A program made the position numbers and the translations under genes. Below, one piece after another: positions 25,608 through 40,248 of a DNA stretch of 64,000 nucleotides (positions are counted from its first letter, which is position 1; each line of letters begins with the position of its first letter). Source of the DNA: Octopus sinensis (Eukaryota). The stretch is from the NCBI RefSeq assembly GCF_006345805.1, contig NC_043017.1, positions 16,492,001 through 16,556,000 of the forward strand, in the 5' to 3' direction. The notes under the pieces are model-generated. The model had not been told where the DNA came from and did not search any database. It saw only the letters and a program-made list of their open reading frames with translations.

Positions 25608-26154
25608 GAGTGAGCGAGCAGAGCATGCCATCAAAGTGACACTGGGGTAAAATATACGAAGCCCAGTATACCCATCATGACTACCCGTCTGATAAGGGTA
25701 CACCAGGCACATGCATCACAACCATATGTGCGCGACATGGTGATCTCATATCAAGATAAACAGCACATGACCTTGCAGGTGGAGCCCAGTTAGAATTTTC
25801 TTCAGATCGAGTAACCGCTCAAAAGGTCCCTGAATAAGGGTTGTTTAAGGACGTTGAACGAAACACCCATGTTTCCAGAGGTGAATTATTCAAACCCCAA
25901 AGAATCCTTCTCAACACATGGCTATGATGCTCCCCCACTACTTCTGCTCGTGATCAGAGATGCACATATCGTCAGCCACTAAGGGACATGCTCAACTGGT
26001 TAAGGTCAAACAACTGACAAGCAAATCTGTGGTGTTGAGCAGAATATTTGCTGTAGCCCATCTTTATACCAAGACAAAACAATGTACATGATAACACTTC
26101 CAATCAGTTAAGATCAGAAGCCATGAGAGCCACTGCCTGGTACTGCATCAGGGC

Positions 26155-26157
<3 letters not shown>
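25608..26157 (-). mobile_element. Non-coding ~550-bp element embedded between (TTG)n/(TTA)n tracts, possibly a non-autonomous R4-related retroelement
   Basis: Sharp boundaries within trinucleotide repeats; the minus-strand end GCTCGCTCACTC-(AAT)n resembles an R4-type tail. Confidence 0.4.
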
Positions 26158-26232
<75 letters not shown>

Positions 26233-26445
26233 CATCATCATCATCATCATTCAGTAGTTTTATTTTTATAGCGTGCTTTCACTTCACTACCGAGCGCAGC
26301 TCTGTGTGCCTTGGGTATGTGCTGTGGTTTGCTGTGATGCTCTGATGGTTACTGTATTGAAAGTGTTTTGCGTAGGTTGTGTGCAGTGCCCAGTAGTGTA
26401 ATTTTCTGCATGTTATATATATTTGTAAGTCCTGATGTTTTTGTT
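26157..26445 (-). mobile_element. R4/Dong-type LINE extreme 3' end with (TGA)n(TAA)n tail
   Basis: YNMQKITLLGTAHNLRKTLSIQ* on the minus strand. Confidence 0.6.
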
Positions 26446-27742
26446 ATGTATATATATATATATATAATATAAATAATATATAAATATATGCATATATACA
26501 TATATGTACATACCTTCTAGGTCTCTCTACATGCGCTGGTTGAAAATCATCTAAAAAAATTCTGGGGCCGATGCAATCGACTAAAAATTCCCCAACGTGG
26601 TGTCCCAGCATGGCCGCAGTCTGCAACAAATAAAAAGGAAAGCAAAAATGAATTATATTACAGAAGTGGCTTTGATCAAGCTTGAAAAAATTTCTGGGTT
26701 CCATACAGCAATCTAAAAATTCTTCAAGATGGTGCCCCAGCATGGCCAGCCGCAGTCTAATAACTGCAACAAAAAAAAATTCTGGGGTTGATATATTCAA
26801 CTAAAAATTCTAAAAACGAAAAAAATAACCGAAAAGTATAACCGTGGGGATTTTGTCCTGGTGCCTTTTGTCCTGGGGGTTTTTTGTCCTGGGGGCTTTT
26901 GTCCGGAACGCTACTCGAATACACTGTACCGGTATAAAAAAATATGATTTTACTAATTTCTCCGTGAAAAGAAAATGAGACTGACCTGGCTGTTTTCGAT
27001 GCTTTGTCTGTCCATAGATATTTATGATGTGGCTACACATGACTTAACACTATAACTTTGTCTCGTATCAATGGCTCTGTCTCGTATCAATAGCTATCTC
27101 AGTTAGCTATTGATGGATTAAATCATGCATTTAGCTTAATGGGAAAAAAAAGCGACCTCTAATCAAACAGTAAAACTCTCTCAACTCTTCTGCAATGTGT
27201 AACCGAGAACACCGGACATTTATTTCATGATTTATTTCTAATTTCATCGTGGGCAGGAAAAATGAGATTTCCCTGACCATTTCTCTCTCTCTCTGGATAT
27301 CTCTATAGAGGTTATGCACATGCTTTTGTCAACATGGCTTATCTCTATTACATAATTGCTGCAGTTAAGAGCTTTACAAAATCAGCAGCTCACTTTGTAC
27401 AAACGCTTATTTGTTTGTTGTTTCGTCAATTGATCATCGACTGCTAATGTATTTTTCATAATGGAAATTCCATCGGGAATCGCCAATCAAACAGTATAAA
27501 GTGTTTAGCAGTTGCTGTAATATGTGTAATGAAATACAATGGACAAGTTTAAACAACTACCTCTTTTCACTAATCTTCATGGATAGAAAAGAGATTGTCT
27601 CTTAATTTTGACCAATGAAGGCAAAGGGCCACACTTTGGTCTTTAACTTTCTCTGATATATATATCAGTCGCCATGATAGATCGTTAGCCACTACACACA
27701 TTTTTTTCTCTCCTTGTTTCTCTTCTTGTTTTTTTTGTGTCC

Positions 27743-27778
27743 CTTTCTGTAGAAGAGCGAAGGCTCGAAACGTAAAAT
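27743..27778 (+). ncRNA. Variant minimal hammerhead motif in a PLE-like terminus (~27700-27870)
   Basis: UUU-CUGUAGA-A-GAGC-GAAG-GCUC-GAAAC-GUA-AAA; core deviates at A6U. Confidence 0.55.
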
Positions 27779-27889
27779 ACTTTTTTCTATTCCTGAGCAT
27801 TATACTAATACATATGTTTGTTTTCTACACCACCTGTCTTCGTCTTTTGTTTTTTTCGTAAACTCTCCCTATATATATATATAATATAT

Positions 27890-27973
<84 letters not shown>

Positions 27974-27980
27974 GTATGTA

Positions 27981-28101
<121 letters not shown>

Positions 28102-28531
28102 ACATATATATATATACATACATACACACACAAAAAAGTACAACTCTAGTTGCTAATCGTGAACTAAAAATTGACTCTTTTCAGCTTATCGTTCTTCGAT
28201 ACAGGAAAAATTCACAACCTTCTGCACCAATAAACCATTATCGTTCCTGAATGTTGTTCTTTATATCTTCTACGGATTGCTTGAAGCTCACTAACTTACT
28301 ACACCTTAATCCTTGGATCTTACCTTTACACACACACACACGTATGTATATATAAATGTATATGTATATACACATGAGTGCGTATTTATTTATATATAAA
28401 TATATAAGCATACATACATATATATATATAGTTAATCCAAACATGAAAACACAAAGAGAAAACACAACAACGCGCGGACGTGGAACAAATATAATATTAT
28501 TGGACGCTCAGGAAGGAAGGGAAGAAGGAAG

Positions 28532-28566
28532 GTTTAACGTTTCGAGTGGAGCTCTTCGTCGGAAAC
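28532..28566 (-). ncRNA. Variant minimal hammerhead motif (same family as 1-30)
   Basis: GUUU-CCGACGA-A-GAG-CUCCA-CUC-GAAAC-GUU-AAAC; stem I is GUUU/AAAC; core deviates at U4C. Confidence 0.6.
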
Positions 28567-28680
28567 ATAGGAGAAGGAAAAATCCAAGGAAGGGAAGACA
28601 GAGGAAGAAAAATCGCCAACGATACACACGCGGTCACACATACACACACGGACATACACACTCACACACACACACACACA

Positions 28681-28746
<66 letters not shown>

Positions 28747-29419
28747 CATGACGTAGATGTACGTGCATGGCAAGTGTTTTCATCCGAGACCGTGTGTTGA
28801 GGCTAAAATGATGGCTGTGCGGAAGACATGTTTGTCATTCAGAAACATTCAAAGACTGTTAACTTCACTTAAACATTTATTGCTTGTAAAATGGTGCCAA
28901 CATTATCGTCGCTTGAAACTGCCACCTGGTCACTGACAGCGTTGTTCCGTGTTATGAAGCCCAGTTACAACTACAGCCGGCTATTAACAGTAAAGGTTTT
29001 AGTTGCCAATTCTGTACAAGACATTGTAGATCTTTGGCTGGGCTAAAAAGTCACATTTGATCACAGCACCAGTAACAGTTAAGCTTCGTGCAATGGCCAT
29101 ACTTGATAACAAGGGGGCAGCCATAATGTATGCATGTATGTATGTATGTATGTATGTATGTATGTATGTATGTATGTATGTATGTATGTATGTATGTATG
29201 TATGTATGTATGCATGCATGTATGTATGTATGTATGTATGTATTTATGTATGTATGTATGTATGTATGTATGTATGTATGTACGTACGTATGTATGTATG
29301 CATGTATGTATGTATGTATGCATGAATGCATGCATGTATGTATGTATGTATGTATGTATGTATGTATGTGTGTATGTATGCATGTATATATGTATGTAGT
29401 ATGTATGTATGTATGTATG

Positions 29420-29450
<31 letters not shown>

Positions 29451-29495
29451 GTATGTATGTATGTATGTATGTATGTGTGTATGTGTGTATGTATG

Positions 29496-29529
<34 letters not shown>

Positions 29530-31256
29530 TGTACGTAAGTATGTATGTATGTATGTATGTAAGTATGTATGTATGTAATTATGCGTGTATGTGTGTATGC
29601 ATGTATGTATATATGTAAGTATGTATGTATGTATGTTTGTAAGTATGTATGTATGTATGTGTGTATGTGTGTATGTATGTATATATGTATGTGTGTATGT
29701 ATGTATGTATGTATGTGTGTATGTGTGTATGTATGTATGTACGTATGTGTGTATGTATGTATGTATGTGTGTATGTGTGTATGTGTGTATGTATGTATGT
29801 ATGTATGTGTGTATGTATGTATGTATGTATGTATGTGTGTATGTATGTATGTGTGTATGTGTGTATGTACGTATGTATGTATGTGTGTATGTATGTATGT
29901 ATGTATGTATGTATGTATGTGTGTATGTATGTATGTATGTGTTTATGTATGTATGTATGTATGTGTGTATGTATGTATGTATGTGTGTATGTATGTGTGT
30001 ATGTATGTATGTATGTATTATGTATGTATGTATGTATGTATTATGTATGTGTGTATGTATGTATGTATGTATGTATTATGTATGTATGTATGTATTATGT
30101 ATGTATGTATGTGTGTATGTATGTATGTATGTATGTATGTATGTATGTATGTATGTATGTGTGTATGTATGCATGCATGTATGTATGTATGTATGTATGT
30201 ATGTGTGTATGTATGTATATATGTATGTATGTATGTATATATGTATGTATGTGTGTATGTATGTATGTATGTGTGTATGTATGTATGTATGTATGTATGT
30301 ATGTATGTACGTATGTGTGTATGTATGTATGTATGTATGTGTGTATGTGTGTATGTATGTATGTATGCATGTGTGTATGTATGTATGTATGTATGTGTGT
30401 ATGTATGTATGTATGTGTGTATGTGTGCATGTGTGTATGTACGTATGTATGTATGTGTGTATGTATGTATGTATGTATGTATGTATGTATGTATGTGTGT
30501 ATGTATGTATGTATGTGTGTATGTATGTATGTATGTATGTATGTATGTATGTGTGTATGTATGTATGTATGTATGTATGTATGTGTGTATGTATGTGTGT
30601 ATGTATGTATGTATGTATGTATTATGTATGTATGTATGTATTATGTATGTGTGTATGTATGTATGTATGTATTATGTATGTATTATGTATGTATGTATGT
30701 ATGTGTGTATGTATGTATGTATGTATGTATGTATGTATGTATGTGTGTATGTATATATGTATGTATGCATGCATGTATGTATGTATGTATGTATGTATAT
30801 ATGTATGTATGTGTGTATGTATGTATGTATGTATGTATATATGTATTTATGTATGTATGTATGTATGTACGTAAGTATGTATGTATGTATGTAAGTATGT
30901 ATGTATGTATGTATGTGTGTATGTATGTATGTATATATGTAAGTATGTATGTATGTATGTGTGTGTATGTGTGTGTATGTATGTATGTATGTATGTATGT
31001 GTCTATGTATGTATGTATGTATGTATGTATGTATGTATGTATGTATGTGTGTTTGTATGTACGTATGTATGTATGTATGTACGTATGTATGTATGTATGT
31101 ATGTATGTATGTGTGTATGTATGTATGTATGTGTGTATGTATGTATGTATGTATGTATGTATGTATGTATGTATGTGTGTATGTGTGTATGTATGTATAT
31201 ATGTATGTATGTAGTATGTATGTATGTATGTATGTATGTATGTATGTATGTATGTA

Positions 31257-32532
31257 CGAGGGGCGTTCAATAAGTAATGCCCCTGACCCACTTCCCATAG
31301 GAGTAGAGCAACGACACTTGGCACAGTTATTAGTCTTTTCCTACATAGGAAATACCCAGAATTATGCATTTCTCCCATCATTTGATACAGCTCTGGAGAC
31401 CGTTTTGGTAGAAGACCCCAGCTTGGTCCTCCAACCTGAACGTGACTTCAGAAATCAAGGCTGCATCATCTGGGAAACGCTTTCCTTTCAAAATCAACTT
31501 CATGGCTGGGAAGAGGTGAAAATCAGAGGGTGCAAGGGGAGGAGTTCATAGCTGCACGCCTGTACTTCTGATCTGGCGACACGCGAGTTGAGTTGTGGAC
31601 CGGAGCGTTGTCCTGCAGGAGGAGGATGCCTTTGATGATCTTGCCCCGCCTCTTGATTTTGATAGCTTCTCTTAATTTCCTCAAAAGTGAAGCATAATAG
31701 GCTCCTGTAATTGTCGTACCCTTTGCCAGGAAATCTGTCATCACTACTCCGTCCTGGTCCCAGAAGACCGTGAGCATAACCTTGTCAGCGGAGGGCTGCA
31801 CTCTTGCCTTCTTTGGAGGAGGTGAGTCACGGTGCTTTCACTGCATTGACTGGGCTTTGGCCTATGGATCATAGTGATGGGCCCAGGTTTTATCGTGTGT
31901 GATCAGTCTTTTGAAAAATTTAGACTCATTTTCTTGGCACATCTCGAAATTCATCCTTGAGCACTCGACGCGTTCTTGCTTCTGGAAAGGTGTGAGCAAC
32001 CTGGAAATCCATCTAGCAGACACCTCTTGCATATGCAAATGGTCATGAATGATAGTTTCCACAGACCCGGTACTAATCTTGACCTCATGGGCTATTTGGC
32101 GAATAGTTATGCGTCGATCTTCCAAAATGGCAGCCTCAACTTGACGGACAGATGCCTCATCATTGGCAGAAATGGGGCGACCAGATCTGGGAGCTGTTTC
32201 CACAGGGTTCCGGCTATGTTTGAATTCACAATGCCAGCGTTTTACAAGGTCATATGATGGGGCATCATCACCATAAGTTACTTTCATTTCATCAAAAGTC
32301 TCCCGTGGTGTGCGTCCTTTCAAATACAAAAACCAGATCAATGCTCGACACTCAACAGGCTCCATTTCACACTTGACTCAGTTCAAACACCTGTAAATCA
32401 GAAACCACAATTAGTTCAGAGCTGTAATTCGCCACTTAATCTATAGACGTATAAATAATTGTACATGCAAAATTTCAGCTAGATCGAACAACTGCAAGTG
32501 GGTCAGGGGCATTACTTATTGAACGCCCCTCG
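31257..32532 (-). mobile_element. Mariner element (irritans-like TIR), full length, defective transposase
   Basis: Perfect TIR CGAGGGGCGTTCAATAAGTAATGCCCCTGACCCACTT with a TA TSD. Transposase from 32365: WISRLLT, ITHDKTW, LLQDNAPVH, LAPSDFHLF; TAG stop at 31862-31864 and a deletion of the HPPYSPD motif. Confidence 0.95.
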
Positions 32533-34154
32533 TATGTGTGTATGTGTGTATGTATGTATGTATGTATGTATGTATGTATGTATGTACGTATTATGTATGT
32601 ATGTGTGTATGTATGTATGTATATATGTAAGTATGTATGTATGTATGTATGTATGTATGTATGTATGTATGTATGTGTGTATGTGTGTGTGTATGTATGT
32701 ATGTATGTATGTATGTATGTGTGTGTGTATGTATCTGTGTATGTGTGTATGTACGTATGTATGTATGTGTGTATGTATGTATGTATGTATGTGTGTATGT
32801 ATGTATGTGCGTATGTATGTATGTATGTATGTATGTGTGTATGTATGTATGTATGTGTGTATGTGTGTATGTATGTATGTATGTATGTGTGTATGTATGT
32901 ATGTATAATGTATGTATGTATGTATGTATGCATGTGTGTATGTATGTATGTATGTATGTGTGTATGTATGTATTATGTATGTATGTATGTATGTATGTAT
33001 TATGTATGTATGTATGTATTATGTATGTATGTATGTGTGTATGTATGTATGTATGTATGTATGTATGTATGTATGTATGTGTGTATGTATGCATGCATGT
33101 ATGTATGTATGTATGTATGTATGTATGTGTGTATGTATGTATATATGTATGTATGTATGTATATATGTATGTATGTGTGTATGTATGTATGTATGTGTGT
33201 ATGTATGTATGTATGTATGTATGTATGTATGTACGTATGTGTGTATGTATGTATGTATGTATGTATGTGTGTATGTGTGTATGTATGTATGTATGCATGT
33301 GTGTATGTATGTATGTATGTATGTGTGTATGTATGTATGTATGTGTGTATGTGTGCATGTGTGTATGTACGTATGTATGTATGTGTGTATGTATGTATGT
33401 ATGTATGTATGTATGTATGTATGTATGTATGTGTGTATGTATGTATGTATGTGTGTATGTATGTATGTATGTATGTATGTATGTATGTATGTGTGTATGT
33501 ATGTATGTATGTATGTAGTTTGTATGTGTGTATGTATGTTGTGTATGTATGTATGTATGTATGTATGTATGTATGTATTATGTATGTATGTATGTATTAT
33601 GATGTGTGTATGTATGTATGTATGTATTATGTATGTATTATGTATGTATGTATGTATGTGTGTATGTATGTATGTATGTATGTATGTATGTATGTATGTG
33701 TGTATGTATATATGTATGTATGCATGCATGTATGTATGTATGTATGTATGTATATATGTATGTATGTGTGTATGTATGTATGTATGTATGTATATATGTA
33801 TTTATGTATGTATGTATGTATGTACGTAAGTATGTATGTATGTATGTAAGTATGTATGTATGTATGTATGTGTGTATGTATGTATGTATATATGTAAGTA
33901 TGTATGTATGTATGTGTGTGTATGTGTGTGTATGTATGTATGTATGTATGTATGTGTCTATGTATGTATGTATGTATGTATGTATGTATGTATGTGTGTT
34001 TGTATGTACGTATGTATGTATGTATGTACGTATGTATGTATGTATGTATGTATGTATGTGTGTATGTATGTATGTATGTGTGTATGTATGTATGTATGTA
34101 TGTATGTATGTATGTATGTATGTATGTATGTATGTGTGTATGTGTGTATGTATG

Positions 34155-34188
<34 letters not shown>

Positions 34189-34236
34189 TGTATGTATGTA
34201 TGTATGTATGTATGTATGTATGTATGTATGTATGTA

Positions 34237-35516
34237 CGAGGGGCGTTCAATAAGTAATGCCCCTGACCCACTTCCCATAGGAGTAGAGCAACGACACTTG
34301 GCACAGTTATTAGTCTTTTCCTACCTAGGAAATACCCAGAATTATGCATTTCTCCCATCATTTGATACAGCTCTGGAGACCGTTTTGGTAGAAGACCCCA
34401 GCTTGGTCCTCCAACCTGAACGTGACTTCAGAAATCAAGGCTGATCATCTGGAAACGCTTTCCTTTCAAAATCAACTTCATGGCTGGGAAGAGGTGAAAA
34501 TCAGAGGGTGCAAGGGGAGGAGGTTCATAGCTGCACGCCTGTACTTCTGATCTGGCGACACGCGAGTTGAGTTGTGGACCGGAGCGTTGTCCTGCAGGAG
34601 GAGGATGCCTTTGATGATCTTGCCCCGCCTCTTGATTTTGATAGCTTCTCTTAATTTCCTCAAAAGTGAAGCATAATAGGCTCCTGTAATTGTCGTACCC
34701 TTTGCCAGGAAATCTGTCATCACTACTCCGTCCTGGTCCCAGAAGACCGTGAGCATAAACTTGTCAGCGGAGGGCATGCACTATTGCCTTCTTTGGAGGA
34801 GGTGAGTCACGGTGCTTTCACTGCATTGACTGGGCTTTGGCCTATGGATCATAGTGATGGGCCCAGGTTTTATCGTGTGTGATCAGTCTTTTGAAAAATT
34901 AGACTCATTTTCTTGGCACATCTCGAAATTCATCCTTGAGCACTCGACGCGTTCTTGCTTCTGGAAAGGTGTGAGCAACCTGGAAATCATCTAGCAGACA
35001 CCTCTTGCATATGCAAATGGTCATGAATGATAGTTTCCACAGACCCGGTACTAATCTTGACCTCATGGGCTATTTGGCGAATAGTTATGCGTCGATCTTC
35101 CAAAATGGCAGCCTCAACTTGACGGACAGATGCCTCATCATTGGCAGAGAAAGGGGGCGACCAAGATCTGGGAGCTGTTTCCACAGAGTTCCGGCTATGT
35201 TTGAATTCACAATGCCAGCCAGCGTTTTACAAGGTCATATGATGGGGCATCATCACCATAAGTTACTTCATTTCATCAAAAGTCTCCCGTGGTGTGCGTC
35301 CTTTCAAATACAAAAACCAGATCACTGCTCGACACTCAACAGGCTCCATTTCACACTTGACTCAGTTCAAACACCTGTAAATCAGAAACCACAATTAGTT
35401 CAGAGCTGTAATTCGCCACTTAATCTATAGACGTATAAATAATTGTACATGCAAAATTTCAGCTAGATCGAACAACTGCAAGTGGGTCAGGGGCATTACT
35501 TATTGAACGCCCCTCG
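34237..35516 (-). mobile_element. Second copy of the same mariner element
   Basis: Same TIRs, same stop and deletion, plus additional small indels. Confidence 0.95.
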
Positions 35517-36287
35517 TATGTGTGTATGTGTGTATGTATGTATGTATGTATGTATGTATGTATGTATGTATGTATGTACGTATTATGTATGTATGTGTGT
35601 ATGTATGTATGTATATATGTAAGTATGTATGTATGTATGTATGTATGTATGTATGTATGTATGTATGTATGTGTGTATGTGTGTGTGTATGTATGTATGT
35701 ATGTATGTATGTATGTGTGTGTGTATGTATCTGTGTATGTGTGTATGTACGTATGTATGTATGTGTGTTGTATGTATGTATGTATGTATGTGTTATGATG
35801 TATGTGCGTATGTATGTATGTATGTATGTTGTGTGTATGTATGTATGTATGTGTGTATGTGTGTATGTATGTATGTATGTATGTGTGTATGTATGTATGT
35901 ATAATGTATGTATGTATGTATGTATGCATGTGTGTATGTATGTATGTATGTATGTGTGTATGTATGTATTATGTATGTATGTATTATGTATGTATGTATG
36001 TATTATGTATGTGTGTATGTAAGTATGTATGTATGTATGTATGTATGTGTGTATGTATGTATATATGTAAGTATGTATGTATGCATGTATGTATGTATGT
36101 GTGTATGTGTGTGTGTATGTATGTATTATGTATGTATGTATGTATGTGTGTATGTATGTGTGTATGTATGTATGTATTATGTATGTATGTATGTATTATG
36201 TATGTGTGTATGTATGTATGTATTATGTATGTTTGTATGTATTATGTATGTATGTATTATGTATGTATGTATGTATGTAAGTATGTA

Positions 36288-36318
<31 letters not shown>

Positions 36319-38248
36319 ATGTATGTATGTATGCAAGCATGTATGGGTGTATGTAAGCATGTATGTATGTATGATGTATGTATGTATGTATGTATGTATG
36401 CATGCAAACAAGTCACAAATCAAATAAGCAGTTTGGTTTGTGGCTCGTTTGCATGGATATATCAGCTGGTTTACCCCCACAGTTTAATCTGAACGTATTG
36501 ACTAGGAAAAAATCTTTCTATCTTTAACTACCAACCAACATTTTATGTCGCAAGTTCTTTAACAGAAACAAAAGAAAGTTAGTTTCAGTTGCATAAGAAA
36601 CAAAAGACACACTGTCCAATCGACAGCTATAGCAATCCACATGCCAGAGTCAAAACCAGATGTCACCAGTACTTTAAAATAAAGGTCTTTGTACGCTACG
36701 AAACAGGTCATAAACATATTATGTAACCTCATATATAAAATCGCAACTAGGCGGAAAAACAGCTTAGGAAAACAGAATGAAATTACACAATAAACAGAGA
36801 AAGAATACCTGCTGTAATGAGAAACAGTTCACAGGTAAACAATTTCAGAAAATTATTGTGAGAATGTGAAAGACGATAGACAAAAGTATAACCTATCAAA
36901 GGGGAAAATAGAACACCCAACGGAAGACATCTTTAATGCTTTTGGATACAAAATCACAATCTGAAAATTTTAGAGAGAAGTATATTTAGGGAGAGAAGTA
37001 TATTTAGAGACAGAAGTATATTTAGAGAGAAGTATATATACTTGAGGGGGACAGGATAAAGAATGACATAATCAACAGGTAGAATAATGAATCTAGAACA
37101 ACCTATGAGTCTTAAACAAATCCAGTCGCATACAAAGATTTATGAAACTACATCCATAATAACATTTAAACCAGGATATACGTAAGATACATGAAACAAT
37201 GTATAGAAGAATCCAGAATACGTAACATATGGAGGGAAACGTGCAGAAGCTAAAGCTATCAGATTGTGAACCACACACGTGGTATGACAAACGACAGTAA
37301 ATGGTTGGTAACATACAGAGCTAGAGAAGATACATGCATGGATGCTAGGAGGGCAAAATGGATGTTAATCTGTTGCCAGACATGGAGACTAGGCTGTATA
37401 TCTGTATTCTGGACCTTTGTTAAGTGTCCATTTACTGTCCCAGGTCACTGTGTGAAGGGATTGGTGTTAGAATGAATTGCCAGCCATGATTACAATGTCT
37501 AAATGGTATAAATGAGCAAGAAGGATCCTCAAAACTTCTTCAGACACAGAACAATCGAAAATAGAAAGAGTTGGAGTCTCAAAGAGTGCAGAATCCAAGG
37601 CAGCTTGGAAACCAGATGTCAAATGATGATGATGGTGATGATGACACCAGTCTATGATTTCTAACATTTTAAGTGATGTTATAACAAGATTGAAGAGAAT
37701 ACGTGTCTCAGGTATTTACTCATAATGTCAAATAAATAAAGTGTATACTTTCTCCCTCCCAGAAATATATCAGATGGAAGATATATATATATATATATAT
37801 ATATATATCTGGGGAAAGAAAGATTTAGTTAAAGTTTGAATATTAATGGATTTAAGAACGTCTTTCTTTATTATCTTATATTTTTTGTAATTTCCTTGTT
37901 GAAGAGATTATGGTAAAGATCTAAGTCTACGTTGTATATATTTCTGGTTTTGTCAGCCTGTACCCTTCAATTTTTGAAGTTCATTAACTGTGCTTCAAAT
38001 TACATAGGTGTTTATTCCTGCGAGCGTTTTACTTAATATTTTAAAGTAGTCTCCAGAATTATTTATTAAACATAACACAGAGGAAAGTTACCTCGCACTA
38101 AAGATATATTTATGTAACTATAAGTTTTCTGAATATTTGGAAGTATTCAGATAATTATTCACTGAAGAAATTGAAAAAGTGGGAGAAATTGATGCGATCA
38201 TCATGAAAAAATCCCGCACAGAATTAACCCATTCTGATAATGAGCTCG

Positions 38249-39434
38249 TTACTGCTGAGTGTGAACTCGTATGTGTTTAGTCAAGTGGCCTTTTTGAAAA
38301 AATGATTTATGACAGACATCACATTGATACGGCTTCTCCCCTGTATGAGTCCGTATATGACAAGTTAATTCACTACTTGCAAGGAACGATTTACTGCAGA
38401 TGTCACACTGAAATGGTTTCTCTCCTGTATGAGTACGTTTGTGAGCAGTTAAGTGACTATTTTGAGCAAAGAATTTTCCACAGACATCACAGCGATGTGG
38501 TTTATCTCCAGTATGAATACGTGTATGTGTAGTTAAGTGATGCTTCACAGAAAACGATTTAGCACACACATCGCACTCGTATGGTTTCTCTCCTGTGTGA
38601 ATACGTTTATGTTTAGTTATGAAACTTGGTGAAGGGAATGACTTATTACAGATATGACAGTGATACAATTTCTCTCTTGTATGAAAACGTTTGTGTCTAT
38701 TTAAAATTGTTGGTGCAGGAAACGATTTACCACAGATGTCACAATGATATGGCCTCTCATTTGTATGAATATGTTTGTGTGTAGCTAAGACAGAAGAATC
38801 AGAGAATGATCTTCCACAGATATCACAGTGATATGGTTTTTCTCCTGTATGAATACGTTTGTGTTTACTTAAATCAACAGTTTGGGCAAATAATTTACCA
38901 CAGATCTCACACTGATATGGTTTCTCACCCGTATGAATGCGTTTGTGAGTAACTAGGTTAATTTTTTGAGAGAATGATTTATCACATACATCACACTGAT
39001 ATGGTTTTTCTCCAGTATGAATGCGTTTGTGAGCAGTTAAGTCACAATTCCTGTGATATGATTTATCACATACATCACACTGATATGGTTTTTCTCCTGT
39101 ATGAATGCGTTTGTGATTCTTTAGATTGCCTTTTTGACAAAATGATTTATCACAGATATCACACTGATTTGGTTTTTCTCCTGTATGAATGCGTATGTGA
39201 GTAATTAAATCACAATTCCCATGAAATGATTTACCACAGACATCACAAACATAAGGTTTCTCTCCACTATGAATGCGTTTATGAGTAGTTAAGTTAGACT
39301 TTTGAGAGAATGATTTATTACAGATATCACACTCATATAATGTCTTTTCTTTCTCTTCCTTTATCCTCAGGGAAATCAATAATTTGAGACTCTGCTTCAC
39401 ATTTAATCTTTCTCACACACAATTCGTCTTCCAT
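38249..39434 (-). CDS. C2H2 zinc-finger gene A (13 fingers), with an apparent 2-nt deletion near 39361 (pseudogene or assembly error)
   Basis: 13 CxxC..HxxxH fingers with TGEKP linkers. The ATG at 39434 gives [24 protein letters not shown], which aligns to the paralog N-terminus but is out of frame with the fingers. Acceptor TTTCAG at ~39806. Confidence 0.85.
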
Positions 39435-40248
39435 TCTTGTTTCTCTCTCACCACAGTAAATATAAAAGTTCTTCTTCACTTTATTTATATATTTTATTTT
39501 GGTCTTTGGCTATATTTCTATCAACTGTGATTTTTGTCAATATTCGAAGATGCTGCAAATTCCTTTGTAATTTAGCTTTTATTTCAATACCAAATCATTA
39601 TAATACAAATTCCAGTCTGTGAGTTTGAGAGCATTTTGTATACAAATTCTATTCAGAGCCAATATTCCACAGTAATTCTACCATGGATTTATATAATGAG
39701 GGTTCGTATCTGTTCTGTATGACATCTTCTCTTTGTCATTAAAAGATGATAAATATTGATGGATCTCGAGTATATAATTGTTTTATGCGAACGCCATCTG
39801 ATGATCTGAAATAAAAGAGAAGCAATATAAAATATTGAGGATGCTTAAACTGAGGACATTCAACAGTGAACTCTTTAAATCGTTACTTCTATATCGATAA
39901 ACTGTAGATATAAACCTTTACTTGGACAATGGAACTCATCCGTCTTATTTCTTCTCTCTCTCTGTCTCTTCGCTGAGAAAACATGTAATATCAGAGCATG
40001 CAGTGAAGTAGAGCAGATAATCTTGCTGAAGAGGCATGTCACGCAAACCTCCTTTACTTTCTCAGCAAAACAAAATCAACGTAACACATTCAACAAACCT
40101 CAGCTCAACACAAATGTATTAACGTTTGAGAAAACAAATAAGAAATCACGAATAAAAACAGGTCTCAATGTGAAAAGTCGATGTTTAGTCATTTGTTAGT
40201 GTTTGACATAACATTTCTCTTGCTTCTTTCTAATATATCATAGGAATC

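Larger units (their letters stand above)
29127..36405. repeat. ~7.3-kb degenerate (TATG)n array containing two mariner copies
   Basis: Direct reading. Confidence 0.95.

Noticed and set aside
25440-25712. Poly-Asn and poly-Leu ORFs
   Set aside because: They come from the (TTG)n microsatellite.
26846-26910. Four ~15-bp GGGG..TTTTGTCC repeats
   Set aside because: Probably the subterminal repeats of a truncated DNA-transposon end; no partner terminus is visible in the window.
29051-36492. Long ORFs (up to 521 aa) of MYVC/HTYI repeats, also at 2.3-2.7, 11.8-13.1, 15.2-15.8 and 27.8-28.8 kb
   Set aside because: These are translations of (TATG)n, (TA)n and (CA)n microsatellites, which lack stop codons.
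36968-37036. Short tandem repeats (TTTAGAGAGAAGTATA x4; also ATAATTACTTCTCTA x3 at 20311-20357)
   Set aside because: Ordinary local slippage duplications with no spacers.
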